From a virus, in IMG/VR virus record IMGVR_UViG_3300016472_000940, positions 57,025 through 121,024 of that record: DNA of 64,000 nt. One strand, given 5' to 3'. The notes below the pieces were generated by a model. That model ran no database searches. It saw only the letters and a program-made list of their open reading frames with translations, and was not told the origin of the DNA. A program made the position numbers and the translations under genes. How positions within the stretch are numbered: position 1 is the first letter of the stretch; each line of letters begins with the position of its first letter. Shown here in pieces: positions 1-9,439 of this stretch.

Positions 1-303
1 CTCAATATAATTTCCTGACCTTACAAAGATGGTATAATTTCTACCTGGGTTAAATGAGGCAAACGAACAAGCTTTTTTAATAGTTTTAAATGGTTCGTCT
101 TCACCAATACCTCTAAAATTGGTATCACTACCGCTTGTCGTAACATATAAAACGTTTGGTGTTGTTGTTAAACCACCAGTAATAATTTTTGAGAGTGTAT
201 AGAAATTTACTTTAAATTCACCTTGCAGAGGTCTAAAACCGACAATATAGTCGGATGCAATAGGAGAAATTTCACTAAAATCCGCAAACGAACGATAAGG
301 CAT
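1..303 (-). CDS. Virion/tail-fibre-like protein, 5' part (runs off window start)
   Basis: Hand-translated from ATG at 303: MPYRSFADFSEISPIASDYIVGFRP...NVLYVTTSGSDTNFRGIGEDEPFKTIKKAC...VRSGNYIE. The YV..SGSD...G....PFKTI..A motif precedes beta-helix domains. TAAATA at 309-314. Confidence 0.65.
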   Translation of the reverse strand, partial: MPYRSFADFSEISPIASDYIVGFRPLQGEFKVNFYTLSKIITGGLTTTPNVLYVTTSGSDTNFRGIGEDEPFKTIKKACSFASFNPGRNYTIFVRSGNYIE

Positions 304-342
304 AGAATTATTTAGTTCTATGTCGCTGTAATTAGATGCTAA

Positions 343-516
343 TTAACTGTTATTTTCAGTATTTTGCGAATCAACAGAGACAACATCAACACGGCTAAAT
401 ACTTTGTCTCCACTGATTAACGTAACCGGGACAAGTGCGGCTTTGTTTTGCTGCAAAATTTCCTCGATTTGCTTCTTTACTTCAAGAAGCTTGATATCTT
501 TTTCGCTTGTTGACAT
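343..516 (-). CDS. Small hypothetical protein (57 aa)
   Basis: Hand-translated MSTSEKDIKLLEVKKQIEEILQQNKAALVPVTLISGDKVFSRVDVVSVDSQNTENNS; fills the gap in a minus-strand run. Confidence 0.6.
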   Translation of the reverse strand: MSTSEKDIKLLEVKKQIEEILQQNKAALVPVTLISGDKVFSRVDVVSVDSQNTENNS

Positions 517-546
517 ATAAGAGATTTATATTTTTTATTACTATAA

Positions 547-915
547 TCAACTATATGCTGAAACTATTTCTATATAAGTAAACCGTTTTCCGCTCGAAGC
601 TAATCTATAACCAGCTTCGTTTGCATATATTATGTCAATTTTTTGCGGTGAGGAAAAAGAACTTAATTCAAAGTGCAGTGTATTGTTTGTATTAACGGTA
701 AATTCCTTTACTGGGTAAGCGCTAAAAGGAGGATTGCCTGCACTTACACTTTGAATAAGAGAGTAAAAATCACAATATTGTTGGCTGCCGTCAAATTTAT
801 TTGAGCTTAAATACAATCCATTGCCTGTAGAAAAACTAAACATATCACCTTCAAGTACAATTATTTTACCAGGTGTGTTAGTTTTTATTCGAAAAGATGG
901 TTGTTTTTTGCTCAT
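547..915 (-). CDS. Hypothetical protein
   Basis: 122-aa ORF overlapping the stop of the gp15-like gene. Confidence 0.6.
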   Translation of the reverse strand: MSKKQPSFRIKTNTPGKIIVLEGDMFSFSTGNGLYLSSNKFDGSQQYCDFYSLIQSVSAGNPPFSAYPVKEFTVNTNNTLHFELSSFSSPQKIDIIYANEAGYRLASSGKRFTYIEIVSAYS

Positions 916-1730
916 ATTTCGGTAAACAATTGTACCCCGGTTATAATTGGTCGTCCGGAAACAGAGAATGTATCGGTATTATAAAAAGATGATAAAGCAG
1001 CAGAATCTGCTGTCACAACTTGTGATTTAAGTACATTATAATTACCGAACTGTAAGCTTGTACCACCACTTACTGCGGTCATGCTTACATCAATACGGAA
1101 AATATTATTAATTGGATTTTGTGGATCGGGAAATAACCACCCTTTAATTGTAAATTTTGTATTTGCTACTATCTGGGCTTTCTGATTGCCATTCATGTCT
1201 TGCGGATACTCTAAATCGATATTACCGCTCCATAAAACTTCTGTACGTATTTCTTGTGTATAAGGCAGATTGAAATCTTTTGGAACTGTCCAGCTCAATA
1301 CTATATAAGGATTATTAAATGGTACAAAATTTGATAAGATTTGATCCATATCGGATTGATACCTGGCAATAACACTCATATTGACACCTATGTTTACTGG
1401 AACAGGTGTCTTATAATGAAAAGTCTTGCTTGAGGGAGACCGATCCTCAACAGAACCGTAAGCAAAAAAACCGGCATTCTTATTAAAGACTCTATTATTA
1501 TCGCGCGAGATATCAGAGATGGTAATACTGACTACAGGTAGAGTAATATTCTGCGCAGCATTAACGAGATCAAATAATACCCTTTGTTTGGGTGCATAAA
1601 TGTAGCGAACTTGCTGTGTGGCTTCAGCTACTCTGTTTCTATTATATCGCTTTATAACTACATTGTCAAAAGCAGCCAGAAACTGTAGTATGAGGTCTTT
1701 GACCTCAAAGTAATAGGTATACGCTCTCAC
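912..1730 (-). CDS. Tail sheath stabilizer/tail terminator (T4 gp15-like)
   Basis: YYFEVKDLILQFLAAFDNVVIKR...YIYAPKQR...TLPVVS...DQILSNFVPFNNP...FTIKGWLF matches the gp15 pattern; late promoter upstream. Confidence 0.8.
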   Translation of the reverse strand: MRAYTYYFEVKDLILQFLAAFDNVVIKRYNRNRVAEATQQVRYIYAPKQRVLFDLVNAAQNITLPVVSITISDISRDNNRVFNKNAGFFAYGSVEDRSPSSKTFHYKTPVPVNIGVNMSVIARYQSDMDQILSNFVPFNNPYIVLSWTVPKDFNLPYTQEIRTEVLWSGNIDLEYPQDMNGNQKAQIVANTKFTIKGWLFPDPQNPINNIFRIDVSMTAVSGGTSLQFGNYNVLKSQVVTADSAALSSFYNTDTFSVSGRPIITGVQLFTEI

Positions 1731-1765
1731 GGTTTATTATTTATGAATAAACCTTTATCGTAAAA

Positions 1766-1969
1766 TTAATAATACTTCCACTTTTGTGCAGATATCTGCT
1801 TTGATAACTTCCGTCTAACCGAAGGTTTCATATAGTTACGTAATAGCCTTAATTCATCTATTATACCACACCTCTTTACTGCATTTGAGAATTGTTTTAA
1901 TTTTTTGTCGAAATATAGCTTGTTTGAGGCTTTTTTTGTATCAAGCTTTACTTCACAGTTAATTTGCAT
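1766..1969 (-). CDS. rpsU: Phage-encoded ribosomal protein bS21
   Basis: 67 aa from ATG 1969: FDKKLKQFSNAVKRCGIIDELRLLRNYMKPSVRRK matches the bS21 core L++F.+.V...GI..E.+.R..Y.KPS..RK. TAAATA lies 4 nt upstream. Confidence 0.8.
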   Translation of the reverse strand: MQINCEVKLDTKKASNKLYFDKKLKQFSNAVKRCGIIDELRLLRNYMKPSVRRKLSKQISAQKWKYY

Positions 1970-1989
1970 AATGTATTTACTATTAAAAA

Positions 1990-2331
1990 TCAATTTTCTA
2001 CTATAGTTATTTCTGCTTGGCAATTATGAAATTTACCAGTTTTTTTCGGTATGAGCAACTTTGCATAGTTACGAATATCGCTTACATTGTGACAGAATGT
2101 TTCTAAAGTATAGTCTAATATAATTTTATTGTCTCTGATTAAAAATGCGTATGGATAAGGTATTTCAAATATTTTTTTTGTTTGTTGTATATGTAATGTA
2201 AAAACAAGATAAAAATCCTTTATACAAAATAGAACCAACTTACCGGCTTTAATAGTTTTACCATTTACAGTAAAGTAAACCTTTTGCTGCAAAAATTGAT
2301 TAATAGCTTTTTCTATTTTTTCTGCAATCAT
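1990..2331 (-). CDS. Hypothetical protein
   Basis: 113-aa ORF coupled to its neighbours. Confidence 0.65.
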   Translation of the reverse strand: MIAEKIEKAINQFLQQKVYFTVNGKTIKAGKLVLFCIKDFYLVFTLHIQQTKKIFEIPYPYAFLIRDNKIILDYTLETFCHNVSDIRNYAKLLIPKKTGKFHNCQAEITIVEN

Positions 2332-2702
2332 GAGTCCATATACATCATTTTTTGAGATGTGTTTAGTTTCATTAAATTTTTCTTAAAATATTCCCAAAAA
2401 GAAGCAGCAGGCACTGTTGTGATTAGGTCACAGCTATCACAATTTACACACCTATAATCTTGCATAAAAATATCCCACACAATAATAAGATTTTTTTGCA
2501 TGGGATTATATCGAGGACTTTTTGATGCAGGTTTATAGTTTAAGGTTATCCTACCATCAACTGTATTTAAAATACTATTTGCTGTAGTACAGAGCATCCT
2601 ACGGTACGGTGGTCTCCCCGCTTTAGGTCTCCGGCGGAGAAACTTTATCTCACACGCGCTGTTTTGTAGAACGGCTCTTAGGTTTGTTATCGATACTAAC
2701 AT
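2328..2702 (-). CDS. WYL_2/DUF2693-like SH3-fold phage protein
   Basis: Pattern IKF.RR....R.MLCT.....IIVWDIFMQDYRCV is typical of this family in T4-like phages. Confidence 0.55.
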   Translation of the reverse strand: MLVSITNLRAVLQNSACEIKFLRRRPKAGRPPYRRMLCTTANSILNTVDGRITLNYKPASKSPRYNPMQKNLIIVWDIFMQDYRCVNCDSCDLITTVPAASFWEYFKKNLMKLNTSQKMMYMDS

Positions 2703-3117
2703 TGTTAATTTCTTCTTTGCGGGGCTGCACTACACCAAAGATTCTTTGTTCATTTAAAAAGATTCCATGCTTTACAGGTCCATGATTAACTACCTCTATG
2801 TTAGCAATTGGTACCCCCATATTATTTGGGAAGCACACATGGTCACCCACCTTAACTAAGCGACAACTGGCACCACAGAGAATCACCTTACCGATGCGCC
2901 AGGCATTAGTCTCCGCATTCACAGGAACTAATATACCATTTCTTACGATAGTATTATTGCTTCCACCTTCATCAACAAATTCAACCAATAGAATATCATC
3001 TAAAAGATGAGATAGATCATATCCCACAAAAACACTATTCAAGGAATTGCGTGAATGCGAGCTTAGATCGATTAAACTTTTTTGTGTCGGTAGTTGATCT
3101 ACACTTGGCTTACTCAT
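2650..3117 (-). CDS. groES: GroES/Cpn10-like co-chaperonin
   Basis: LLDDILLVEF...NGILVP...GKVILCG....VKVGDHVCF...IFLNEQRIFGVV; probable start at MSKPS. Confidence 0.75.
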   Translation of the reverse strand: MSKPSVDQLPTQKSLIDLSSHSRNSLNSVFVGYDLSHLLDDILLVEFVDEGGSNNTIVRNGILVPVNAETNAWRIGKVILCGASCRLVKVGDHVCFPNNMGVPIANIEVVNHGPVKHGIFLNEQRIFGVVQPRKEEINNVSIDNKPKSRSTKQRV

Positions 3118-3147
3118 ACAAGCACTTATCACATAAGCGCTTGGAAA

Positions 3148-3417
3148 TCAAGTTTTTGTAGGTTTCTTAATATAGTTAATTTTTTGTCTTTTATATCTAG
3201 GTAATATTTCTGTCAATAGTTTATATTGCTCTTGGTTTGTAAAGACGTGACCGAACCGATTGACCGTGTCGTTAACAATTTTTGCCGCGGAGGGATCTAA
3301 CATAGAAATCCAGCGATTGACAATAAAGGGTGAATATTCTTTTTCTTTTTCAACATTGTCAAGTATATCTTTTTTCTTAGAAAAACAAATACCGTCTAAT
3401 ATATCAAATATATTCAA
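3148..3417 (-). CDS. Clamp-loader small subunit (gp62-like)
   Basis: EKEYSPFIVNRWISM...EQYKLL..ILPRYKRQ..YIKK pattern. Confidence 0.65.
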   Translation of the reverse strand: MNIFDILDGICFSKKKDILDNVEKEKEYSPFIVNRWISMLDPSAAKIVNDTVNRFGHVFTNQEQYKLLTEILPRYKRQKINYIKKPTKT

Positions 3418-4007
3418 TGTGAAATAATCTTTGTTGATGCAATAAAGATGTCATCGTTCATTGCGTAAAAGGAATTAATAACATCTCCCATAAAATTACG
3501 TATATCAAGATCGGACAAATTTGTACTATAAGCAAATGCAGGTGCCTTCTTTCCTGCGACAACGTTAATACCGGTATGGCCGAGTGCGGCCGCATCCTTG
3601 ACATGAACGATGCTAACACTACATTTACCTTTTGTTTGTACAACCCCACCTTGCGTAAACTCTTTATGTACCATAAGATCATCACCATCAACCTCGATAG
3701 GTGCATTAAGATACTTAGAACTTAAGATATTCGCCACAATCGTATTGAATAATCGCTGGTAGGCAATCGCACCAAAACTTTCTGTAATCAAAGGTATCTC
3801 ATATAGGAAATGTATCATATCTTCACTGTAGATAAAATCATTACTAAGTGAATCCTCTTGATCGATTAAACCTGCGGTCTCAACTTTTGCAGGTGCACGA
3901 AAAGCAATTATGTTACCTATAGGGAGACACTTCTTTCGAAAATATTTGTAAGCAAAGCGATTATGTAATATAACACCATCATATACCTTAATATCTTCAA
4001 TGATCAT
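3414..4007 (-). CDS. DUF366-like protein (BPL/LplA-like fold)
   Basis: YDG..LH..FAY....GNIIAFRAP...LIDQED....DFIYSEDMIHF..EIP...GDDL...GKCSVSI...HTGINV. Confidence 0.65.
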   Translation of the reverse strand: MIIEDIKVYDGVILHNRFAYKYFRKKCLPIGNIIAFRAPAKVETAGLIDQEDSLSNDFIYSEDMIHFLYEIPLITESFGAIAYQRLFNTIVANILSSKYLNAPIEVDGDDLMVHKEFTQGGVVQTKGKCSVSIVHVKDAAALGHTGINVVAGKKAPAFAYSTNLSDLDIRNFMGDVINSFYAMNDDIFIASTKIISH

Positions 4008-4026
4008 GAAATGATTATAAAGCTGG

Positions 4027-4215
4027 TTATAAGTAAATCCACGTTATACTAATACCTATTCCAAGTACTGTCACTCGGAATATTTTACCATAATCATATT
4101 CGGAGTAATAGACGCCGGTATCTAGATTTGTTATATAGGGTCCGCATTCGAAACCATCCTCTGTTTTTTTATGAAAAAGGATTTTTGGAAAAAGGAAATC
4201 AATAATCGGTGTCAT
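4027..4215 (-). CDS. Small hypothetical protein
   Basis: 62-aa ORF with a hydrophobic C-terminus. Confidence 0.45.
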   Translation of the reverse strand: MTPIIDFLFPKILFHKKTEDGFECGPYITNLDTGVYYSEYDYGKIFRVTVLGIGISITWIYL

Positions 4216-4392
4216 AGGTTATAATTTTGGCGCGCGCGCAAGTTGATAAGGTACTAGTGAATTGATGATTTTCGAATCCTGCATAGAAGATAAAATCATT
4301 AGATGGTGAAACGCAATTCTGGCACGCAATCAAAAAATTCTTTCCATTTATTTTTTCCATATAAAAAGATTACTTTCTGAAACCCACAATCT

Positions 4393-4420
4393 ATTATAAT
4401 GAAAAGGATTAAAAAATCAA
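4393..4420 (-). promoter_or_regulatory. Sigma70-like early/middle promoter
   Basis: TTGATT-N16-TATAAT on the minus strand, heading the leftward gene run. Confidence 0.55.
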
Positions 4421-4453
4421 GTGGTAAAAGTTATTTGAATCTATATTTTTTAT

Positions 4454-4461
4454 TATAAATA
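4454..4461 (+). promoter_or_regulatory. T4-type late promoter TATAAATA (portal)
   Basis: Exact TATAAATA 4 nt before the portal ATG. Confidence 0.75.
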
Positions 4462-4465
4462 AGGT

Positions 4466-6271
4466 ATGCCCGAATACGGAAATTCAGATAGCGGTAGAGA
4501 AAGTACCTTTGGCCGCTCACTAATGAATTATGTTAATTCACGCTTACCTTATCAGAGCTATACTGTTATAGATACTTTAAATAAGCTTAACCCCAAATTT
4601 AAGCTGTTTCAAGATACAGGTAGTAAGCGAACTGAAGCGCTAGCTAGGCAGAGCATAAGTTCAAACACAGGGTTTAATAATATTGATCCTGCAGGCATTA
4701 TAGGTCTAGATAATAATTTCACACAGTACATGTATGCTAATATACAGCATGACAAAATCTCTAGGCTTCGCGATTATAGAGTCATGGCAGCTTTTGCTGA
4801 AGTAGCTGATGCGTTGGATGAAATTTGTGATGAAGCAATCAACAAAGATAGGGATGGTAAAATTGTAAAGGTAAAATTCCCTGATTTAGAGATGAAAGCT
4901 GAAGACTTGGAGATATTGGAAAAGGAGTTTCAGAAATATATCAATCACTTTGATCTAGAAAATAAAGGATGGGAATATTTCAGAAGTCTTCTAGTGGACG
5001 GAGAGCTTTACTTTGAACATGTTGTCCACAAACAATATGAAGACGAAGGTATTCTCGGAACTGTTACTGTTCCAACAGAATTTATTGACCCTATTTTCGG
5101 TAATGTACAGAATATGATGATAAAGGGGTTTTTACTACGTAAACCTGTATTCGATAAAACAAACCCCTCAAAGATATTAGATTATGAACTAATACCGCTG
5201 GATAAAAACCAGGTCACATATATTAACTCTGGTATATGGAATGAAAACAAAACAATAAGATTACCCTTTATAGAAAATGCAAGACGCGCTTATAGGCAGT
5301 TAAGTCTTATTGAGGATGCAGTGGTAATATATAGATTGGCCCGTGCACCGGAAAGACTGGTCTTTAATGTAGATGTTGGTAATATGCCCCCACCAAAAGC
5401 TGAAGCCTACTTAAAGAAGCTAATGAACCAATATTGGTCTTCAAAAACATATGACAAAGATCAAGGTGGTGGTGCAGTTAAAAAGTTTAACCCTCAATCA
5501 ATTTTAGACAATTTTTGGTTTGCCAAGCGAGCCGGTAGTGAAGGCACAAAAATTGATAGGCTCGCTGGAGGTGAAAATCTCGGCAAGCTTGAAGATCTAG
5601 ATTATTTTCTTAAGAAACTTTATAAAAGTCTCAAGGTACCAGTATCGAGATTGAATGTTGATGATGCCTATAAAGATGATATGAACATTCTTAGAGAGGA
5701 ATTAAAATTTGCTAAATTTATTGTTAGGATGCAGCAGCAATTTTCAGAGGGACTAAAAAATGGATTTATTACACACTTAAAGCTAAGAAAACTCTGGCAA
5801 GAGTATGATCTCAAGGAGAATCATATACAAATTGAATTTAATGTGCCGGTGAATTTCTTTGAAATGCGTGAAGCACAAAAGCAAGAAATAAAAACAACAT
5901 CATTTGTTAATATTACTCAATCTGATGCTGTGAGTAAAACCTACGCTCTTAAGAAGTATATGGGATGGTCTGATATTGAGCTTCTAGCAAACAGAGAATT
6001 TATGAGAAAAGACATAGGCTTCTTGTGGGAACTTGAGCAAATTAAAGCCGGTGGTCCAAATTGGAGAGAAAATTTACAAGCCGGTGCACCACCCGCTGCT
6101 GGCGGGGAAATGCCTGGTGGCGGTGGCATGGGAGGCGGTACTGCTCCGGGTATTCCGCCTGCATTCGGACCAGCTCCAACAGGAGGTGCACCAGAGGCCG
6201 GTGCACCAGGCCCTGAGGCTGCTGCACCAGGCGGCCCGGTGCCTGCTCCCGGTGGTGAGGTTGTAACTTAA
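4466..6271 (+). CDS. Portal vertex protein (T4 gp20-like)
   Basis: YR.MA...EV.DALDEICDEAI, LVDGELYF, QLSLIEDAVVIYRLARAPERLVFNVDVGNMPPPKAEAYL, LYKSLKVPVSRL, REELKFAKFI. Confidence 0.95.
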   Translation: MPEYGNSDSGRESTFGRSLMNYVNSRLPYQSYTVIDTLNKLNPKFKLFQDTGSKRTEALARQSISSNTGFNNIDPAGIIGLDNNFTQYMYANIQHDKISRLRDYRVMAAFAEVADALDEICDEAINKDRDGKIVKVKFPDLEMKAEDLEILEKEFQKYINHFDLENKGWEYFRSLLVDGELYFEHVVHKQYEDEGILGTVTVPTEFIDPIFGNVQNMMIKGFLLRKPVFDKTNPSKILDYELIPLDKNQVTYINSGIWNENKTIRLPFIENARRAYRQLSLIEDAVVIYRLARAPERLVFNVDVGNMPPPKAEAYLKKLMNQYWSSKTYDKDQGGGAVKKFNPQSILDNFWFAKRAGSEGTKIDRLAGGENLGKLEDLDYFLKKLYKSLKVPVSRLNVDDAYKDDMNILREELKFAKFIVRMQQQFSEGLKNGFITHLKLRKLWQEYDLKENHIQIEFNVPVNFFEMREAQKQEIKTTSFVNITQSDAVSKTYALKKYMGWSDIELLANREFMRKDIGFLWELEQIKAGGPNWRENLQAGAPPAAGGEMPGGGGMGGGTAPGIPPAFGPAPTGGAPEAGAPGPEAAAPGGPVPAPGGEVVT

Positions 6272-6622
6272 TTAAGAAGATGGCTGTTCTGGCCAAATTA
6301 CATCTTTTGGTGTAGCAAAATTCTTTGTAATATCCCTCAATGCCTGTCTATATTGCGCCCACGCCGGTATAATACCAGCACCAGTATCATACGCTTTTAA
6401 TATTACCCAATCGGTATCTGCTAGTTTCTGATTTCTCATACCTCTAATAGTATTCCATGTAATGTTATCCAAGCGCTTATCTACAAACTTTCCATCCTCA
6501 TAAGTCCAACCCTCCTCAACGTCGGAACCACACTCGCGACACTCTATATGAACGCCATCCGCGCCTGCGAATGGCGTTTCCCTTATATTGACAACTTCAG
6601 ATTTATAAATTACAGCGTACAT
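6272..6622 (-). CDS. Tail fibre assembly chaperone
   Basis: IRGMRNQKLADTDW...WAQYRQALRDIT...VIWPEQP. Confidence 0.8.
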   Translation of the reverse strand: MYAVIYKSEVVNIRETPFAGADGVHIECRECGSDVEEGWTYEDGKFVDKRLDNITWNTIRGMRNQKLADTDWVILKAYDTGAGIIPAWAQYRQALRDITKNFATPKDVIWPEQPSS

Positions 6623-6625
6623 ATA

Positions 6626-7537
6626 TTAAGAATATTTATATATCACAACAATTCCCGTGGCACCTTCACCGCCAGTGGTAGGTGCACCTGCAGTTGCTGC
6701 GCCTCCCCCGCCAGGTGCTTGGACTCTTGCTGTATTAGTTGTACTTCTTGATTTCTGACCGCCACCCCAAAAAGATGCACCCCCATTTGCAGTTCGAACA
6801 ACTGTATTTGCACCGCCATAGCCACCCCCACCGCCGTTAAGTCGTATTTGACCAACAATACCTGAGCCACCGTCTCCGCCGTTACCTGTGTTGACTATTG
6901 TATTGTTATTTGCAAAACCACCTAGTGCTGATGCATACACTCCAGCCGATGATACGAAAGCAGAAATACCACCATTCGTGGGAGTTACATCGCCTCCAGG
7001 CCCAACCTCCACTGTAGCTGTAGTTATGTTTGCAACATTTACATATGCCATAGCAGTACCACCTCCACCACCACCACCTTCTACCACTGAAGTACCACCT
7101 CCCCCGCCTGTTACAATAACAAAAACATTTTTAACATTTGCATCTCTTGTCCAGGTAAACGTCCCAGGCGAACTATATACATCTACACCTAAGAATTGTC
7201 CACTTACAGGTACAGAGTTTATTACACGTGTAGCAATACCCTTTTGATTTATGTCGATAATTGGAATCGAATAGTTACCTCCATATGTACCGGGTGTTAT
7301 TGTATCAATATCCACCAAGCTCCGTGTTTCTACAGTATTTGAACCTATCCTACTACCTACTATCGATGAAAGGCCATAATGTCTTGTTTGCAAAATATTA
7401 TTATCTAATGCATCAGAATTTATAGAAGAAAGTGCATATTTACCAGTGGTAACTAATTGAGCTGAAAGACTGACGGTTGTGACAGAGTTTCTATCTAATA
7501 GTCCTTGAGTAATTTTTGTTGTACCGGAGATAGGCAT
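6626..7537 (-). CDS. Glycine-rich tail fibre/virion protein
   Basis: YSSPGTFTW..VKNVFVIVTGGGGG...GGEGATGIVVIYKY glycine-rich domain; TAAATA at 7544-7549; chaperone gene downstream. Confidence 0.75.
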   Translation of the reverse strand: MPISGTTKITQGLLDRNSVTTVSLSAQLVTTGKYALSSINSDALDNNILQTRHYGLSSIVGSRIGSNTVETRSLVDIDTITPGTYGGNYSIPIIDINQKGIATRVINSVPVSGQFLGVDVYSSPGTFTWTRDANVKNVFVIVTGGGGGTSVVEGGGGGGGTAMAYVNVANITTATVEVGPGGDVTPTNGGISAFVSSAGVYASALGGFANNNTIVNTGNGGDGGSGIVGQIRLNGGGGGYGGANTVVRTANGGASFWGGGQKSRSTTNTARVQAPGGGGAATAGAPTTGGEGATGIVVIYKYS

Positions 7538-7561
7538 ATCGATTATTTATGCCTTATTATG

Positions 7562-7999
7562 TTAGATTATTTTTTTATACAAATAGTTAAGCTTTGTTTT
7601 CTCATAGTTTCTTGCATCGATTTCATCCGGGTCATTCCAATACTTAGGGTTAAGTAAAGTCATATCTCTCATAGAGTAACTAAAGGTAAATGGTTTTTTA
7701 TGTATTCTATATTGGATAAAATGTCTTAACTCATGCAATAAATTTCTGCAAACTCTTCTTAATTTTATGTATCTCGGTGCATTACCCTTAGAACCGACCG
7801 CTACATTCAATGTATCTACCCAGTAATAATAATTACTATCCAGAGCATGCGGCATAATATTAATCTTTATACGGCGATTAGTTTTACCTTCTTTTTTACA
7901 CAATGTTAATATACCAGCTTCAAGCTTTTTTAGAGAAACTTTTTGTTTATCTAACCATCTCAATGATTTTCTGGTAAATTTTATTATCATTTTAACCAA
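7562..7999 (-). CDS. Putative zinc metallopeptidase-like protein
   Basis: LLHELRHFIQ (HExxH) plus a downstream EIDAR. Confidence 0.55.
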   Translation of the reverse strand: MVKMIIKFTRKSLRWLDKQKVSLKKLEAGILTLCKKEGKTNRRIKINIMPHALDSNYYYWVDTLNVAVGSKGNAPRYIKLRRVCRNLLHELRHFIQYRIHKKPFTFSYSMRDMTLLNPKYWNDPDEIDARNYEKTKLNYLYKKII

Positions 8000-8589
8000 A
8001 CAGTGGTCGGGTCAAAAGCAGTTGTATCAAGAAAATCCCAAACATCATACTCAGGCTTTGTCTCTATACATGCTGCTTTTATAAGATTATTTAGTAAGCT
8101 TTGTAGGTCTTGAATGTGCCATACATCATCTAATAAGCGTCTACCTGACGTTCTGGTTTTATGTGCAACATGATCTGCGTACGAATAAGCAAAACCTGCA
8201 AAAGGAGGGATCATACAACCCAGACTTACCAGATTACCTAAAATTCTAGAAACTATTTCTTTACCACCAACAGAGTGCATTGTTACTATTGCACATGCAG
8301 GCTTTCCTACCAAATATTTTGATCCCTCTAATACTGTCATTTTTTCAAATAGCTGCTGCATCGGTGAACCCCAGCTATCCCAGTAAGTACCTGAAGAAAA
8401 AATTAACCCATCGGCTTTCTTAATATTACGCTTAACTGTATTCCAGCAAAAGCTAGGATGCAAATGTATTGTTTTGACCTTTACACCTTCCTGCCCCTTT
8501 AAAATCATCTTTTTAATTTTTTTGAGAAGCATCGATGTATTACCAGTGCGACCACCAAGAGCACCGTTGATAATCAGAATATTCTTCAC
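7987..8589 (-). CDS. NAD(P)H-dependent FMN reductase/flavodoxin-like protein
   Basis: ILIINGALGGRTGNTSML...ADGLIFSSGTYWDSWGSPMQQLFE...GKPACAIVT; TTGATT-N17-TATACT promoter at 8596-8624. Confidence 0.75.
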   Translation of the reverse strand: MKNILIINGALGGRTGNTSMLLKKIKKMILKGQEGVKVKTIHLHPSFCWNTVKRNIKKADGLIFSSGTYWDSWGSPMQQLFEKMTVLEGSKYLVGKPACAIVTMHSVGGKEIVSRILGNLVSLGCMIPPFAGFAYSYADHVAHKTRTSGRRLLDDVWHIQDLQSLLNNLIKAACIETKPEYDVWDFLDTTAFDPTTVWLK

Positions 8590-8628
8590 ATTCTCAGTAT
8601 AACTGATCTTGTTGAAAAAATCAAATAG

Positions 8629-9393
8629 TTATTTTTTTGTAAATATGCCAAATACTTTTGCAAATACTTTTATGGCAGCTTTATAATCACTTGATGCTTC
8701 TGCATTAATATCAGACGTATACTGCCAATTAAAAGATAATATATCTGGTGTTTTAAACCCAAAGAATTCTAAAACTTTTTTCTGATTATTAAGTACATTT
8801 TTACCATTATAATTCTGACCAATCAATATTATACCTGCATCAATGTTACTTACAATATTACTCTCTCCTAAGGTGGTATGCCTGTTTTCTATCCAGGTTA
8901 ATCTCTCTATCAACTTCTGGTAAAACATATTGGTTTGCCCCCAACGAACTGAAACAAAAAATACAACCGCATCACTTTCAAAAAGCGGCTTAGAGACTTT
9001 CCATAGTTCGTCGTTCTTATTATTAATTGATGCCCAGCACCTATGATAGCCGGTAGGATCTTTATCCTTATCTTTAAGTAATGCAGCCTTTACACCGCAA
9101 GAGTTGCCCTTACTAGATGACACATTACCCTCACATGGAAAAATCTTTAATTCAGGTATGTTAACTATACGGATATTTTTACTAGGCAGCTGCTCTCTGA
9201 TATAATGTGCTAGCTGCGTGCTCTTAGGCTTATCATCAGGATGCCCTTCCCAGCGATTAGACGTTGTAATAAAAAGTATGTTATTCTTTTTTTGTAAGTA
9301 AGAAATTAGTCGGTTGACTTTATTTTTATAAAAAATAGGACTATTCTCAATTTTCTCGAGAAGTACTTGTGCCGAAAGCTTTCCAAAATCCAT
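8629..9393 (-). CDS. Flavodoxin-fold/iron-sulfur flavoprotein-like protein
   Basis: ILFITTSNR...IFPCEGNVS....C...CWAS...ESDAVVFFVSVRWG.....QKLIERL; TAAATA at 9398-9403. Confidence 0.7.
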   Translation of the reverse strand: MDFGKLSAQVLLEKIENSPIFYKNKVNRLISYLQKKNNILFITTSNRWEGHPDDKPKSTQLAHYIREQLPSKNIRIVNIPELKIFPCEGNVSSSKGNSCGVKAALLKDKDKDPTGYHRCWASINNKNDELWKVSKPLFESDAVVFFVSVRWGQTNMFYQKLIERLTWIENRHTTLGESNIVSNIDAGIILIGQNYNGKNVLNNQKKVLEFFGFKTPDILSFNWQYTSDINAEASSDYKAAIKVFAKVFGIFTKK

Positions 9394-9439
9394 ACATTAT
9401 TTATCTTGATTTATTATAACTATCTCTTACTATATCGGT

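Noticed and set aside
4199-4360. 53-aa minus-strand ORF (MEKINGKNFLIACQNC...)
   Set aside because: Plausibly placed behind a promoter, but short, overlapping the next ORF and without recognisable features.
5941-7247. Short antisense/alternate-frame ORFs (5941-6129, 6033-6266, 6042-6296, 6888-7247 and similar ones elsewhere)
   Set aside because: Shadows of GC-richer or Gly-rich real genes, with no motifs or independent signals.
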